64,000 bases of DNA from Candidatus Eiseniibacteriota bacterium (GCA_963702435.1 CAVPCR010000002.1:320001-384000); one strand, 5' to 3'; shown: positions 30,494-41,269, counted from the stretch's first letter. Notes: generated by a model not told the origin, from the sequence alone. Program-made: numbers and translations.

Positions 30494-30829
30494 CTAGAAG
30501 CTGGCCAGGGCCTGGGATTCGTCGGCGTAGCTCTCGAAGATCATGTTGAGCCGGGTCACCATGAGAATGCTCTCGACCCGCCGCGAGACCTGGCAGAGCT
30601 TCATCGCGCCGCCCGCCCGGCTCACCTGCGTGTGGCCCGCGATCAGGATGCCGAGGCCGGTCGAGTTGACCCAGGAGACGTCTCCGAGATCGACGAGGAT
30701 CTTCCGTCCCCCCTCGCCGAGGATCAGCTTCAGCTCTCGATCGAAGGCATCGGCATCCGGTCCCCCCATGAGCTTCCCGGAGACCTGCAACACCACGACA
30801 CCATCCTTGTCGGTCCGGGAAATCTTCAT
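30494..30829 (-). CDS. STAS-domain anti-anti-sigma factor, RsbV-like
   Basis: VSGKLMGG, VDLGDVSWVNSTGLGILI with the phosphorylatable Ser. Confidence 0.92.
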   Translation of the reverse strand: MKISRTDKDGVVVLQVSGKLMGGPDADAFDRELKLILGEGGRKILVDLGDVSWVNSTGLGILIAGHTQVSRAGGAMKLCQVSRRVESILMVTRLNMIFESYADESQALASF

Positions 30830-30958
30830 GGCATCCCCATCCTCCAGAGATCGGCGCGGGCGGACCGCGGAGACGCAAGGCCGGCGGGTGCGAGCCTCCG
30901 GTCCCGGAGCGAGCGCGAGGCGCCGCCGGATCCACGCCGCCATCAAGACGAACCAACG

Positions 30959-30987
30959 AGACTAGCTCATGCATGCGTCGAGATCAA
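30959..30987 (-). promoter_or_regulatory. Candidate internal sigma-70 promoter for the STAS/anti-sigma pair
   Basis: Minus strand TTGATC-17 nt-TAGTCT. Confidence 0.5.
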
Positions 30988-31045
30988 CGTGCGCCGGGGG
31001 CAGCGGTTCCGGATCACCTTCGGTCCCTGTCCGGGGACGGGCCTA

Positions 31046-33514
31046 TCAGGTCCACGGTGGATCGGCGGGGCGCGCGGGCCCCGGCCCGGCCGCCCTGCCG
31101 CGCTCGCCCGGGCCGGCCGCCGCTCCCAGCGATGCGGGGGCGGCCAGCCCTCCCGCCGCCGGCCCTGTCGCCGCCGGCACTCCCGCCGCCGGCACTCCGG
31201 TCGCGCGCGCTCCCGGACCCGGCGCTGCCCCCGCGGTGATCCCGCGCGCTCCGGGGTCTCGCGCCCCGCTCGCAGCCGCGCCGGCGTGCGCCCCGGCGCC
31301 GTTCGCTCCGCGCTCCCCGTCCACCCGGAGGACGAGCACGGTCAGGTCATCCTCGAAGTCGATCCCGTTCGAGAAGGTCCGGCACGACTCCTCGAGCGAG
31401 CCGAGCAGTTCCCGCGCGGGCGTGGCCGGGTCGAAGTCGCGCACGGCCGCCTCGAGCCGCTCGTCGCCGAACATGTCGCCATTCGAGTCCGCCGCCTCGG
31501 TCAGTCCGTCCGTGTAGAGGACGAGCAGATCGCGGTAATCCAGGGTGACCTCCCCTTCCTCGAACTCGGCGCCTTCGAACGCGCCGAGGAGGAGCCCACC
31601 GCGATCCAGGCGCTCGAGGCGGCCATCCTCGCGCCGGAGGAGGGGGGGATTGTGCCCGCCGTTCGAGTAGCGCATGCGGAGATCGAGACAGTCCACCCGG
31701 GCCAGGAACAAGGTCACGAACTCGCGCTCGCTGGTCGACTCGAAGATCAGGCGGTTCAGACTCCGCATCATCTCGCACAGGCTGATCGGCCCGCGCGCCT
31801 GCGTGCGCAGCGAGGCGCGGAGCATGGACATGAGCAGCGCCGCCGGCACGCCCTTCCCCGACACGTCGCCGATCGCGATCAGGATCTCGCGTTCGCCGAT
31901 CGGCATCACGTCGTAGTAGTCCCCGCTCACGACCTTCGAGGGGACGTTGCGCGCCCACAGATCGAGCGGCGGCATCGGCGGGAACTCGGCCGGCAGGAAG
32001 CTCTGCTGCACGTTGCGCGCGAAGCTCAGCTCCTCGTCGAGGAGGGTCTTCGCCACCGAGGCGCGGTGGAGATGAGCGTTCTTGATCGCCACCCCGATCT
32101 GGTCGCCGAGCATGGCGAGAAGCGCGCGGTCCTCGGCGTTGAACCCCCCGCCGGTCACCTTGCGCCCGAGGAGGAGGAGGCCGAGCAGTTCGCCGCCGTG
32201 GCGGAGCGGCACGAGCATGAAGCGCACGGGCGGGACGAGCCCGGTGCCGGCGAGGAGCTCGTCCACGTCGACCAGGTCCGATGTGCCGGCGCTCGTCACG
32301 CGTTCCTCAAGAGCGCGCAGGAGGATCGGATCGGCCTCCTGGCGGCCGAAACCGGCCACGTGCACGAGCGGCGAGCCGGGAGTGGAACGGACGAGCAGGC
32401 ATCCGCAGTCCACCATCATGCTCCCGGCCAGCATGTCGCCCACCTTCCGCCCGAGATCGCCGAGGTCGAGCACGGTCGAGACGTCGCGGGCCAGCCCGCG
32501 CAGCACGTTGCGATAGTCGGCGCGGTCGCCCAGCATCACCTGCTCGAGCACATCCTCGAGACGGGCGACCAGCGGCTGGAAGAGGAGGAGGGCGACGACC
32601 AGGACCGCGGTCTGGATGTAGTCGGCTTCGATGCCGATGAAGCCGGCGATGGCGACGTTCAGGCGGCGGACGAGGACGATGTAGAGCGCGAGGGCAGCCG
32701 CGGTCGCTGCGCCGTAGAGGATCGAGCGGCGCGCGAGCATCTGCACGTCGAGGAAACGATGGCGCACGATCGCGTAGGCGATCGCGAGGCTGCCGAGGGT
32801 GAGGCCGGACACGATGAGGGTTGCGCGCACGACCGGGCTCAGGCGGAAACCGGTGAGCACCGGGACGAGGGTCGCGATCGAGTAGAGGGCGAGGCAGCCG
32901 CCGAGCCCCGCGAGCACGATCCGCACCTGCACGCGGAGCCGCGGATTCGGCGTCCGGCGATAGGCGGAGGCGAGGAGCCAGGTGGCCGCGAGCATCGACG
33001 CCAGGTTGACGAGCGGGAAGAGCGCGGCATTCAGCCGGTAGAGGAGGAAGAGGGCGAGGCTGCCGAAATCGAGGATCGGCTCGAGGCTCGGGTAGCGTTC
33101 GGCGAGCGCCACGAAGCGGAAACGCCCGGCGTTGTCGCTCCCGGCGAGGAGCAGCGCGAAGTGGAACAGATAGGGCAGGAAGAGCACCCAGACGAGCCAC
33201 GGGGCGCGGCGCACGACCCGCCGCTCGCTCGGGAAACAGAGCGTGAAGAGGAGGAAGGTCGGGAAGAAGAACTCCCAGAGGAAGGCGAAGTTGCGCACGA
33301 GCCCGCCCTGGGCGCGGAGGATCTTCGCCTCGCGGAGCGCGGCGATGAAGTCGAAGGCGCCGAGGAGAGCGCCGGCGCCGCCACAGAACAGCATGCCGGC
33401 GGTGATCCAGTTGAGCCGCTGCCGCGGGCCCTCGCGCACGATCACGAGGCCGAGCAGGAACGCGACGGCCGCCACGGCGAAGGTGATCGTGACCAGGATG
33501 TAACCGGTATCCAT
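31046..33514 (-). CDS. Membrane-bound PP2C/SpoIIE phosphatase (RsbU-like) with multi-TM sensor and GAF domain
   Basis: TM-rich N-terminus; GAF (FNAEDRALL); VSGDYYD, IGDVSGKGVPAALLM, SNGGHNPP, LYTDGLTEA, DDLTVL. Confidence 0.92.
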   Translation of the reverse strand: MDTGYILVTITFAVAAVAFLLGLVIVREGPRQRLNWITAGMLFCGGAGALLGAFDFIAALREAKILRAQGGLVRNFAFLWEFFFPTFLLFTLCFPSERRVVRRAPWLVWVLFLPYLFHFALLLAGSDNAGRFRFVALAERYPSLEPILDFGSLALFLLYRLNAALFPLVNLASMLAATWLLASAYRRTPNPRLRVQVRIVLAGLGGCLALYSIATLVPVLTGFRLSPVVRATLIVSGLTLGSLAIAYAIVRHRFLDVQMLARRSILYGAATAAALALYIVLVRRLNVAIAGFIGIEADYIQTAVLVVALLLFQPLVARLEDVLEQVMLGDRADYRNVLRGLARDVSTVLDLGDLGRKVGDMLAGSMMVDCGCLLVRSTPGSPLVHVAGFGRQEADPILLRALEERVTSAGTSDLVDVDELLAGTGLVPPVRFMLVPLRHGGELLGLLLLGRKVTGGGFNAEDRALLAMLGDQIGVAIKNAHLHRASVAKTLLDEELSFARNVQQSFLPAEFPPMPPLDLWARNVPSKVVSGDYYDVMPIGEREILIAIGDVSGKGVPAALLMSMLRASLRTQARGPISLCEMMRSLNRLIFESTSEREFVTLFLARVDCLDLRMRYSNGGHNPPLLRREDGRLERLDRGGLLLGAFEGAEFEEGEVTLDYRDLLVLYTDGLTEAADSNGDMFGDERLEAAVRDFDPATPARELLGSLEESCRTFSNGIDFEDDLTVLVLRVDGERGANGAGAHAGAAASGARDPGARGITAGAAPGPGARATGVPAAGVPAATGPAAGGLAAPASLGAAAGPGERGRAAGPGPARPADPPWT

Positions 33515-33756
33515 CGGGTGTCCTGCGACCGGCGAGACTTCCGCCCGCGCGTCGCGAACCGTCCCCCCTACCCCGCCGGCGGGGCGTTCAGGAACCGTGA
33601 TCCGTCGTGGTCGTCTCGCTCCGTGGACAGGCCCCGGCAGCCCGCTGAGAATCACCGGGCTGCCCGTGTCACCAGATCGGAGGCGGCTGAAGAACCGCCT
33701 GTCTCCTCGCGGGCGGCGCTGCGCACCGCCCGCGAGGAGGGTCCTTCGACAGCCGC

Positions 33757-34686
33757 CTAGAGAGCGATCAGAGACTCCCGCGGCACCCAGCCATTCATGG
33801 TCTCGGTGAGCTGGATCTCGGTCCAGTCCCCAGCCTCGCGCAGGACCTCGATGCCGGTCCCCTCGTGCAGCGTGAAACGCGCCGTGAAGGTATCCCCCGG
33901 CCCCGAGCGCACGGCCACCTCCGGGATCACGATGAACGCGCGCCGGCCGGCCTCCGCCTCGTGCACCTTGATGCCCGCGAGCCCTCCGGCCCCGAGGAGC
34001 CCGAGGAGCCCGACCACGAGGAACACCTGCGCGAGCCGGCGGAGACCCGGCCGCACCCGCGCGAGGGCGAGCGCCGCCGCCGTCACCCACCAGGCGATCG
34101 CGGCCGCCAGGAGCGCCTCCGCGGCGGAGATCGAATCCTTGAGGCGGACGAGACCACCCAGGAAAGCCGACCCGCCGGCCTCGGGGAGGACATCCACCGT
34201 GAGGCGCCGCGCGTAGGTCAGGTTCACCCGGATGTCCTCGGCCCGCGGGGCGAGGGCCCGAGCCCGCTCATAGTAGACGATTGCCTCCCCGAGCTGGCCC
34301 GCCTTGAGCAGCGCATTGCCCAGGTTGAAGTAGAGGGACGGCGAGACATACCCGGCCGCCGCCATGGCCCCGTAGGTGGCTGCCGCCTCGGCGAACCGGC
34401 CTCCCTCATAGAGACGATTGGCGGTCGCAAAGTGTTCGCGGGGATCCCCGGCTAGGCTCGCCGGGCCGGGGACCGTGGCCCCCGGCCCCGATGGCGCCTG
34501 CGCGGCCGCGTCCGGGCCGGCACCCGGGCCGATCACCAGGAGGGAGGCTGCGAGGGCAGCGAGGACGAGGGCGAGGACGGCGGAAGGGCCCCGTCCCGGG
34601 GCCGGCCGGATCTCCCGGCCCCGCCTGCGCGCGGCTGTTCCTCGGCGCACCCTGCCCATCGCCCCGATCCTCCGGCTCTCCGCCAT
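33757..34686 (-). CDS. batE: BatE-like TPR + SH3 protein
   Basis: LYFNLGNA, GEAIVYYERA...PRAEDIRVNL, VRSGPG...LHEGT...GWV; last gene of the bat cluster. Confidence 0.85.
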   Translation of the reverse strand: MAESRRIGAMGRVRRGTAARRRGREIRPAPGRGPSAVLALVLAALAASLLVIGPGAGPDAAAQAPSGPGATVPGPASLAGDPREHFATANRLYEGGRFAEAAATYGAMAAAGYVSPSLYFNLGNALLKAGQLGEAIVYYERARALAPRAEDIRVNLTYARRLTVDVLPEAGGSAFLGGLVRLKDSISAAEALLAAAIAWWVTAAALALARVRPGLRRLAQVFLVVGLLGLLGAGGLAGIKVHEAEAGRRAFIVIPEVAVRSGPGDTFTARFTLHEGTGIEVLREAGDWTEIQLTETMNGWVPRESLIAL

Positions 34687-34697
34687 GCCCCCTCCCC

Positions 34698-36551
34698 TCA
34701 CAACCCGGCCCGGGCCAGGGCGGTGAGGATCTCCTCCGCCTCGGCCAGGAGCTCCTGCTCGGCGGCTCCGGCGGCCGGCGCGAAGCGCCCGAAGTCACAG
34801 CGCTCGAGGCAGCGGACGACGCGCGCCCCGAGCGCGGCATCGATCCCGCGCTCGGTGAAGATCGCCTGCACCTGATCCACGGTGAGCCCGGGCGCGGGCC
34901 GGTTCGCGCGGTCGGCCACGTAGCCGATGAGCGCCTGCGCGACGGCGGAGTGGAAGGCACGGCCATCCCCCCGCTCGAGCGATCCGCGGGCATGCCGGAG
35001 CCGGCGGCGAGCGTCCTTCCCCGAGCGGCGCAGCCGCGCGTAGCCCTGGTCGGTGGTCACCCGTTCCTCGTGACGCACATAGAGGAAGATGCCGGCGAGG
35101 GCTGCGAGCGGCAGTATCTGCAGTAACCAGAAAGTTGCGCTCGCCCACATGTTCTTGCGATGGAGAACGAGCCCCGGATCGCCGAGGCGGATGAAGCGCA
35201 GGTCCGCTCCGCCCTGCGGGGCGACGACGGCCCGCGCCGGGGCCGGCACGCCCCCCGCCCCCGCCTCGGCCACGGCGAGCGGGATCGGCTCGGTCGCGAT
35301 CACCTCGAACGCGCCCCGATCAGGGCGGAAGACCGGATAGGTGACCGCCGGGATCACGAAGCTGCCCGAGCTCTCCGGCACGAAGACCCGTGTGAGCTTC
35401 TTCGCGCCCCCCACCGTTCCACCCGCGCTCCGGTCCTCGACCTCGCTCCCCGAATCGAAGCTCCGCATGCCCGGGATGGTCGGCAACACCGGATCGGCGA
35501 GGGCGCGGATGTTGCCCTGTCCGGTGAGGGTCACGGTGAGAGTGGCCGCCTCGCCGACCCGCACGATCTCCGGGTCGAGCCGGGCTGCGATCGTGAAGCG
35601 ACCGACCGCGCCCGAGAAACCCGGCGGCCGCCCGGCCGGGAGCGGGCGCACCTGGATCGTGAGCGGGCGGGACTCGACCGAGCGCGGCTCGCCCATGCCG
35701 AGACCGCCCCGGAAGAGGCTGAACGGATCGACGCCGAACGGATCGGTCTCGATCATGCAGTCCACGGTGGCCGGCCCGATCACGAGCTCCCCGGCGGCGG
35801 TCGGGAAGAGGGCGGTGCGAAGCTCAGTCACGTGGTAGCGCCGCCCTTCGACCTCGTTGTAGTAGGTGCGTTCGCCCGGCAGGTTCTCGACCCAGAAGCC
35901 GGTGGCGGCCGGCGGTTTGTAGTCAGGGCGCTGGAGCAGCCGCACGCCCTGGTAGAAGCGGACCGTGAGCGTCACCTGCTCGCCGACGAACGGAGTCGCC
36001 GGGTCGGCGTCGGCGGTGACGAAGATGGCCCGCGCGTCGCGCCCCCGCGGGCGGCGCCCGCGCGGATCCGCGGCCCCCGGCGGCGGATCCGGAGTCGCTC
36101 CGGGCGGCGGCGCCGGCGCCTCGGCGACGACGGCGATGCGGAGCGAGGTCGACGTCACGCGCGTCCCGTCCGCAGTGACACCGATCGGCGGGATCTCGAA
36201 CGATCCCTCTCGCTTCGGCGCGAGGATGTAGGTGTAGACCGTCGCGCTCGACATCCTCCCGTTCACGAAGGAGAAGTTGCGGGAAGTGCCGGCCGGATAG
36301 ACGGCGAAATCGGGGAGGTCGGGCATCTCCGGGCGCGCCGCATCCCCGTCCCCGCTCACGGTCACCGTGAGCGTCACGCGCTCGCCGACCGCCGCCTGAT
36401 TGCGATCGAGATGGGCTTCCACCTGGATCGCGGCGCCGGCCGCAGCCGCCGTGCCGAGAACTCCGAGCACGAGAACGATGACGAGCCCCGCGTCCCGGAC
36501 CAGGTGCCCCCCATTCCGCTGCCGGTACACGCTACCAGTCCTTCTCGACAT
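34698..36551 (-). CDS. batD: BatD family protein
   Basis: FVNGRMSS, PFVGEQVTL, FSGAVGRF, GQGNI, C-terminal RFAP. Confidence 0.88.
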   Translation of the reverse strand: MSRRTGSVYRQRNGGHLVRDAGLVIVLVLGVLGTAAAAGAAIQVEAHLDRNQAAVGERVTLTVTVSGDGDAARPEMPDLPDFAVYPAGTSRNFSFVNGRMSSATVYTYILAPKREGSFEIPPIGVTADGTRVTSTSLRIAVVAEAPAPPPGATPDPPPGAADPRGRRPRGRDARAIFVTADADPATPFVGEQVTLTVRFYQGVRLLQRPDYKPPAATGFWVENLPGERTYYNEVEGRRYHVTELRTALFPTAAGELVIGPATVDCMIETDPFGVDPFSLFRGGLGMGEPRSVESRPLTIQVRPLPAGRPPGFSGAVGRFTIAARLDPEIVRVGEAATLTVTLTGQGNIRALADPVLPTIPGMRSFDSGSEVEDRSAGGTVGGAKKLTRVFVPESSGSFVIPAVTYPVFRPDRGAFEVIATEPIPLAVAEAGAGGVPAPARAVVAPQGGADLRFIRLGDPGLVLHRKNMWASATFWLLQILPLAALAGIFLYVRHEERVTTDQGYARLRRSGKDARRRLRHARGSLERGDGRAFHSAVAQALIGYVADRANRPAPGLTVDQVQAIFTERGIDAALGARVVRCLERCDFGRFAPAAGAAEQELLAEAEEILTALARAGL

Positions 36552-38301
36552 CGACCCGCCGTCCTCGCGCCCGGAAGCGCTCCCGGAGCAGTTGCTGCTC
36601 ATCGTTGCCCAGCGCCTCGAGCAGACGAGCGGCCTCCGCCGCGGTCATCTGCTCCTCTCCCGCCGATTCCGGCGCCTGCTCGGGCTCCGGCGCGCTCTCG
36701 CCCTGCTGCGGCTCTTCCCGGTTCTGCTGTTCCTGCTCCTGACTCTGGTTCTGATCCTGCCGGTCCTCTTGTTGATCCTGGTCCTGCTGATCCTGGTTCC
36801 GCTCGTCCTGCTGCTGATCCTGGCTCCGCTCGTCCTGCTGCTGATCCTGCTGCTCCTGCTGCTTCTCCTCTTCCTCCTGCTTCCGGAGCGCGAGCTCGAG
36901 ATTCCAGCGTGCATCCTCGTCCGCCGGGTTCCGACGGAGGACGCGCTTGTACGCGTCCGCCGCCTCGCCGTAGCGACCCTGGCGGAAGAGCGAGCTGCCG
37001 AGATTGTAGCTGAGCGCCTCCGTCAGGGCCGAGTCGGCCCGGCCTGCCGCCGCGCCGTAGGCGGCGTCCGCATCGGAAAACTGCTGCCCGGTGTAGAGCG
37101 CGTTCCCCAGGTTGTACTGGATGACGGGATTCTCCGGTTCCTCCTCCAGCGCCTCCAGGTAACGCTCCGCCGCAGCCTTGGCATCGCCGCCGGCGAGCGC
37201 CCGATTCCCGTCGTGCACGAGATCCGCGGCGGCGCCGGCCCGGGCCGGTGCCGGCGCGAGAACCACGAGCAGGGCCAGAGCGACCGGCGCGGCCGCCCCG
37301 GCACGCGCCCGCCGCTCGCCGAGGAGCCGCGCGGCGGCCAGGAGCACGAAGGCGGCCACCGCGAACCAGTGGAAGCGATCCTCGTAATGAGCGCTGAATC
37401 CGCCCTCGATCGCGCGTTTCTCCATGCGATCGATCTCCGCGTACAGCTCGTCGAGCTCGGTCATGGCCGGTGTCGCCCGGAAGTAGCGGCCCCCCCCGAT
37501 CTCGGCCACCTGGCGGAGCGTAGCCTCGTCGAGCCGGGAGAGAACGACCTCGCCGCTCCGATCCTTCTTGTAACCGACGGTCTGCCCGGCCGAGTTCCGG
37601 AGCGGGATCGGCTCGCCCCGCTCGGCGCCGAGCCCCACCGTGAAGATGCGCACGCCCTTTTCCGCGGCACGCCGGGCGGCGGCCAGCGGGTCGCCGACGG
37701 TCTCCTCGCCGTCGGTGATGAGCACGAGCGCCTTGAAGCGCTTCTCCTCGGAGGCGAAGGCCTGATGCGCGCGATCGATCGCCGTCTCCAGCGCCGTTCC
37801 GGGATCGGGCACCGTCTCCGGCCCGATCGCATCGATCAGGAGACGCGCGGCCTTGGTATCGAGCGTGAGCGGGCACTGGATGAAGGCCGATCCCGCGAAG
37901 GCGACGATGCCGAGGCGATCGCCGCGCAATCGCTCCGAGAGCCCGACCACGGCCCGCTTCGCCACGGCGAGCCGGTTCGGCTTCAGGTCCTCCGCCAGCA
38001 TCGAGGCCGAGGTGTCGACGGCGACGACCAGATCGATCCCCTCGCGCTTGAGCACGGCCAGACGCTGGCCGAACTGCGGGCGGGCGAGCGCGAGGACGAG
38101 GGAGGCGAGGGCGAGGAGCCGGAGCGCGTCGCGAAGCCCGCGGCGCGCCGGGCCCAGCTCGCACGAGAGCTGCGCATAGAGCCCCGGCGCGGCGAAAGCG
38201 CGCACCCGCCGCGCGCGCACCCAGCGTGCGGCGAGGCGGATCACGGCGAGCGCGAGGACCGCCCAGAGCAGCGCCAGATATTCGGGAGCGGCGAAACGCA
38301 T
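36532..38301 (-). CDS. BatB-BatC fusion (VWA + TPR + Gln-rich linker)
   Basis: LARPQFG, VDTSASMLAEDLKPNRL, LITDGE; TPR YNLGNALY, ARWNLELA; Q-rich tract; ends EKDW. Confidence 0.88.
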   Translation of the reverse strand: MRFAAPEYLALLWAVLALAVIRLAARWVRARRVRAFAAPGLYAQLSCELGPARRGLRDALRLLALASLVLALARPQFGQRLAVLKREGIDLVVAVDTSASMLAEDLKPNRLAVAKRAVVGLSERLRGDRLGIVAFAGSAFIQCPLTLDTKAARLLIDAIGPETVPDPGTALETAIDRAHQAFASEEKRFKALVLITDGEETVGDPLAAARRAAEKGVRIFTVGLGAERGEPIPLRNSAGQTVGYKKDRSGEVVLSRLDEATLRQVAEIGGGRYFRATPAMTELDELYAEIDRMEKRAIEGGFSAHYEDRFHWFAVAAFVLLAAARLLGERRARAGAAAPVALALLVVLAPAPARAGAAADLVHDGNRALAGGDAKAAAERYLEALEEEPENPVIQYNLGNALYTGQQFSDADAAYGAAAGRADSALTEALSYNLGSSLFRQGRYGEAADAYKRVLRRNPADEDARWNLELALRKQEEEEKQQEQQDQQQDERSQDQQQDERNQDQQDQDQQEDRQDQNQSQEQEQQNREEPQQGESAPEPEQAPESAGEEQMTAAEAARLLEALGNDEQQLLRERFRARGRRVDVEKDW

Positions 38302-39287
38302 CACGGCACCTTGAGGAGCAGGGTCGATTCGAGGAGGAGGATGAGTCCGACGATGATGAACGCCGGGAGCAGGAGGAGCGGGCCGAGCTCGTCGTAGCGC
38401 ACGTACTCGCGGGTCTCGACCTTGGTCTTCTCGAGCTCGCTGATCCGATCGTAGATGGCCGCGAGCGTGCCCTGATCGCGGGCCCGGAAGAACTCGCCGC
38501 CGGTCGCGGCCGCGATCCGGCGGAGCACCTCCTCGTCGATCGTCGAGCGCATCATGACCGTGCGCCGCCCGAAGACCGGATCGTCCACCGGATACGGCGC
38601 CTCCCCCTCCACGCCGGCGCCCACGGTGTAGACACGGATGCCGAGCGCCTTGGCGAGACCGGCGGCGGTGATCGGATCGATGCGCCCGGCGTTGTTGACG
38701 CCGTCGGTCAGGAGTATCACCACCTTCGACTTCCCGGGCGACTCGCGCAGCCGGTTGGCGGCGTTCGCGATGCCCATGCCGATGGCGGTGCCGTCGGCGA
38801 TCATCCCGAAATCGACCTGGTCGATGAGATCGGAGAGGACGCCATAGTCGAGCGTGAGCGGGCACTGGGTGAAGCTGTCGGCGGAGAAGACGACGAGCCC
38901 GATGCGGTCGCCCTGGCGGCCGCCGATGAACTTCTTGGCCACTTCCTTGGCCGCGGTGAGCCGATTCGGCTTGAAATCCTCGGCCCGCATGCTGCCCGAC
39001 ACGTCGAGGGCGAGGACGATGTCGATGCCCTCGCTCACCACCTCGCGTTCCTTCACCCCCGTCTGCGGGCGCGCGAGGATGAGCACGGTGAGGATGAGCC
39101 CGACGAGCTCGAGCGGCATGAGCACGCGCTGGAGCCTCGTGCGGAAGCTCCCGCCCACCGCCCTGAACACCGCCGTCTCGGGCATGGAGAGCGCCGCCTC
39201 GACCTGGCGCCGCCGCTTCCGTTCGCGAAGAAGAATGAGCGGCACGAGGAGCAGAAGGAGGAGGAGCCACGGATGAGCGAGCCTCAT
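38301..39287 (-). CDS. batA: BatA VWA-domain protein
   Basis: GIDIVLALDVSGSMRAEDFKPNRL, GTAIGMGIA, ILLTDGVNNAG. Confidence 0.92.
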   Translation of the reverse strand: MRLAHPWLLLLLLLVPLILLRERKRRRQVEAALSMPETAVFRAVGGSFRTRLQRVLMPLELVGLILTVLILARPQTGVKEREVVSEGIDIVLALDVSGSMRAEDFKPNRLTAAKEVAKKFIGGRQGDRIGLVVFSADSFTQCPLTLDYGVLSDLIDQVDFGMIADGTAIGMGIANAANRLRESPGKSKVVILLTDGVNNAGRIDPITAAGLAKALGIRVYTVGAGVEGEAPYPVDDPVFGRRTVMMRSTIDEEVLRRIAAATGGEFFRARDQGTLAAIYDRISELEKTKVETREYVRYDELGPLLLLPAFIIVGLILLLESTLLLKVP

Positions 39288-40309
39288 CGGGTCACCGCCT
39301 CCCTAGTGGGCGTGGCCGCGCCCTCGCCCGCTGCGAGCACGGGTCGCGCCGCGGTCGCGCGCACGAACTCTGCCGCGCGATCCACCTCGCCCGCGGCCAC
39401 CGCCGCCGGTGGCTCGTAGCGCGCGAACTTGACGAGGTCCGCCGCCATGAGCAGGCGCGCGAGCTCGGCCTCGAGCTCGGCCGCGGGGCGCGCCGCATCG
39501 GCGGGCCGGAGCCGCGCCGTGAAGGCGGCGAGGATCTCGGTCGTCGTCAGGTCGACCGCCGGGAAACCGAACCTCCGCTCGAGATACGAGCGAACGGTGG
39601 CGGTGAGGCGCGTGTAGTGCTCCTTCAAACGCCCGCGCTCGGCGAGCCCCGCCGCGCGCAACGCCTCGAGCTCGCCAAGTGCGATCACATCGGCGGGACG
39701 GAGGTCGGGCGCGGGAACGGCAGCGCCGGCACGGCGGCGCCGGCGCCGCCGGAACCAGATATAGAGAGCCGCCAGGAGCGCCGCGAGGAGGAGCGCGCCG
39801 AGCAGAAGGAGAAGGCGGCGGCGCCCCGCCCCCGGGAGCTCGATCTGGGCCTTGAGCGGGCGGATGTCGAGCGAATCCGAATCGGCGGCCGCGCTCGCGG
39901 CGAGCACGCTCTCGATGTCGAGGCGGAGGCTGTCGGCCACCGCGGTCACGACGCGGCCGTCGGGGAGGCGCACGAGCGCCGAGAGCGGCGGCAACGTGGC
40001 CGTGCCGAGCGTGAAGGCGGTCACGGTCAGCTCCTCGGCATGCGTGACCAGGCCGCCGGCCAGAGTGTCGGGCGCGAGCGCGGCGCGCGCGAGGAGCTCG
40101 AAGGGCCCGAGCGGCGCGTCCGGTCCCGGCAGGATCACCTCCGCCCCCAGGGGTGCCGTGACCTCGACCCGCAGGCGCACCGGTTCCCCGATCCGGAAGC
40201 GGGCCCGATCCGCCTCGACGCGAAGCGGCAGGTCCAGAGCGCGCGGCGCGGCCGCGAGCATGCCGGTCGCGGCGATGGCCATGAGCGCCGCGCGCCGCAT
40301 CGCCTTCAT
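39284..40309 (-). CDS. bat-operon membrane-anchored accessory protein
   Basis: Signal peptide, Ig-like region, TM then basic tract, VRSYLERRF...TTTEI, ADLVKFA; lies between DUF58 and batA. Confidence 0.8.
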   Translation of the reverse strand: MKAMRRAALMAIAATGMLAAAPRALDLPLRVEADRARFRIGEPVRLRVEVTAPLGAEVILPGPDAPLGPFELLARAALAPDTLAGGLVTHAEELTVTAFTLGTATLPPLSALVRLPDGRVVTAVADSLRLDIESVLAASAAADSDSLDIRPLKAQIELPGAGRRRLLLLLGALLLAALLAALYIWFRRRRRRRAGAAVPAPDLRPADVIALGELEALRAAGLAERGRLKEHYTRLTATVRSYLERRFGFPAVDLTTTEILAAFTARLRPADAARPAAELEAELARLLMAADLVKFARYEPPAAVAAGEVDRAAEFVRATAARPVLAAGEGAATPTREAVTR

Positions 40310-41199
40310 CGCCCCTGCCTCGCGCGCGCCGCCCGCCGGCGGAAGAACTGGATCAGGGGACCGACGTAGGCCCCGTCGGCTGCGACCGGGATCTCGATCA
40401 GGTCGCTGCCGGTAGCCGTGAACAGGCGCCGCGCGCGCTCGGCGCGCGTCTCGGCCTCGCGCGCATAGGCCGCGCGCACCGCCTTCCGGCCGAGATCCAC
40501 CCACACGCGCTCGCCCGTCTCCAGGTGCTCGACGAGGCAGAGGCCGAGGGCCGGGAGCTCCCGCTCGCGCGGATCGACGAGCCGCATGCCGACCACATCG
40601 TGCCGCTTGGCGGCGGGGCGGAAGGACGGCGTGAAATCCGGCGCGATGAAGTCCGAGATGAGGAAGACGACCGCGCGATGCTTGAGCACGCGGCCGACAT
40701 GCTCGAGCGCCGCCCCGATATCGGTTCCGGAGCGGGCGGGAGTCGCGGCCAGCACCTCGCGGATGACCCGGAGCCCGTGCTGGCGGCCCTTGGCGGGCGG
40801 GATGAAGCGCTCGACCCGATCGGTGAAGGCGAGGAAGCCGACCCGATCGTGGTTCCGGATGGCGACGAAGGCGAGGAGTGCGCAGAGCTCCGCCGCCACC
40901 TCTCTCTTCAGCTGCGAGCGGGTGCCGAAGGCCTGCGAGCGGGAGAGATCGACCAGGAGCATCACGGTCAGGTCACGTTCCTCGACGTAGCGCTTGACGT
41001 AGGGCTCGCCGGTGCGCGCCGTGACGTTCCAGTCGATCGTGCGGATGTCGTCCCCCGGCTGGTACTGCCGCACCTCGTTGAACTCCATGCCGCGGCCCTT
41101 GAACACGGAGTGGTACTGGCCGGAGAAGACATCGTTCACCAGGTGGCGGGTCGAGATCTCGAGCCGCTTCACCTTGCGGAGTATCTCGCGCGGGATCAT
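40306..41199 (-). CDS. DUF58 domain protein
   Basis: FKGRGMEFNEVRQYQPGDDIRTIDWNVTAR, LISDF. Confidence 0.95.
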   Translation of the reverse strand: MIPREILRKVKRLEISTRHLVNDVFSGQYHSVFKGRGMEFNEVRQYQPGDDIRTIDWNVTARTGEPYVKRYVEERDLTVMLLVDLSRSQAFGTRSQLKREVAAELCALLAFVAIRNHDRVGFLAFTDRVERFIPPAKGRQHGLRVIREVLAATPARSGTDIGAALEHVGRVLKHRAVVFLISDFIAPDFTPSFRPAAKRHDVVGMRLVDPRERELPALGLCLVEHLETGERVWVDLGRKAVRAAYAREAETRAERARRLFTATGSDLIEIPVAADGAYVGPLIQFFRRRAARARQGR

Positions 41200-41269
41200 G
41201 AGTCCTGGTGGATCCTTGAATGCCCCGGCGCCGCGGGGGAGGCGCCGGCGGCTGCCCAGGAAACGATCG

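Noticed and set aside
29975..33760. Very long alternative-frame or antisense ORFs (e.g. 29975-33760 +, 13686-16859 +, 53305-56247 +, 6421-8877 +)
   Set aside because: Shadow ORFs caused by stop-codon scarcity at high GC; they lie opposite well-supported genes and have no motifs.
36760..36880. 27-bp-period repeats as a CRISPR array or mobile repeat
   Set aside because: They encode the Gln/Asp-rich BatC linker in frame; no spacers or cas genes.
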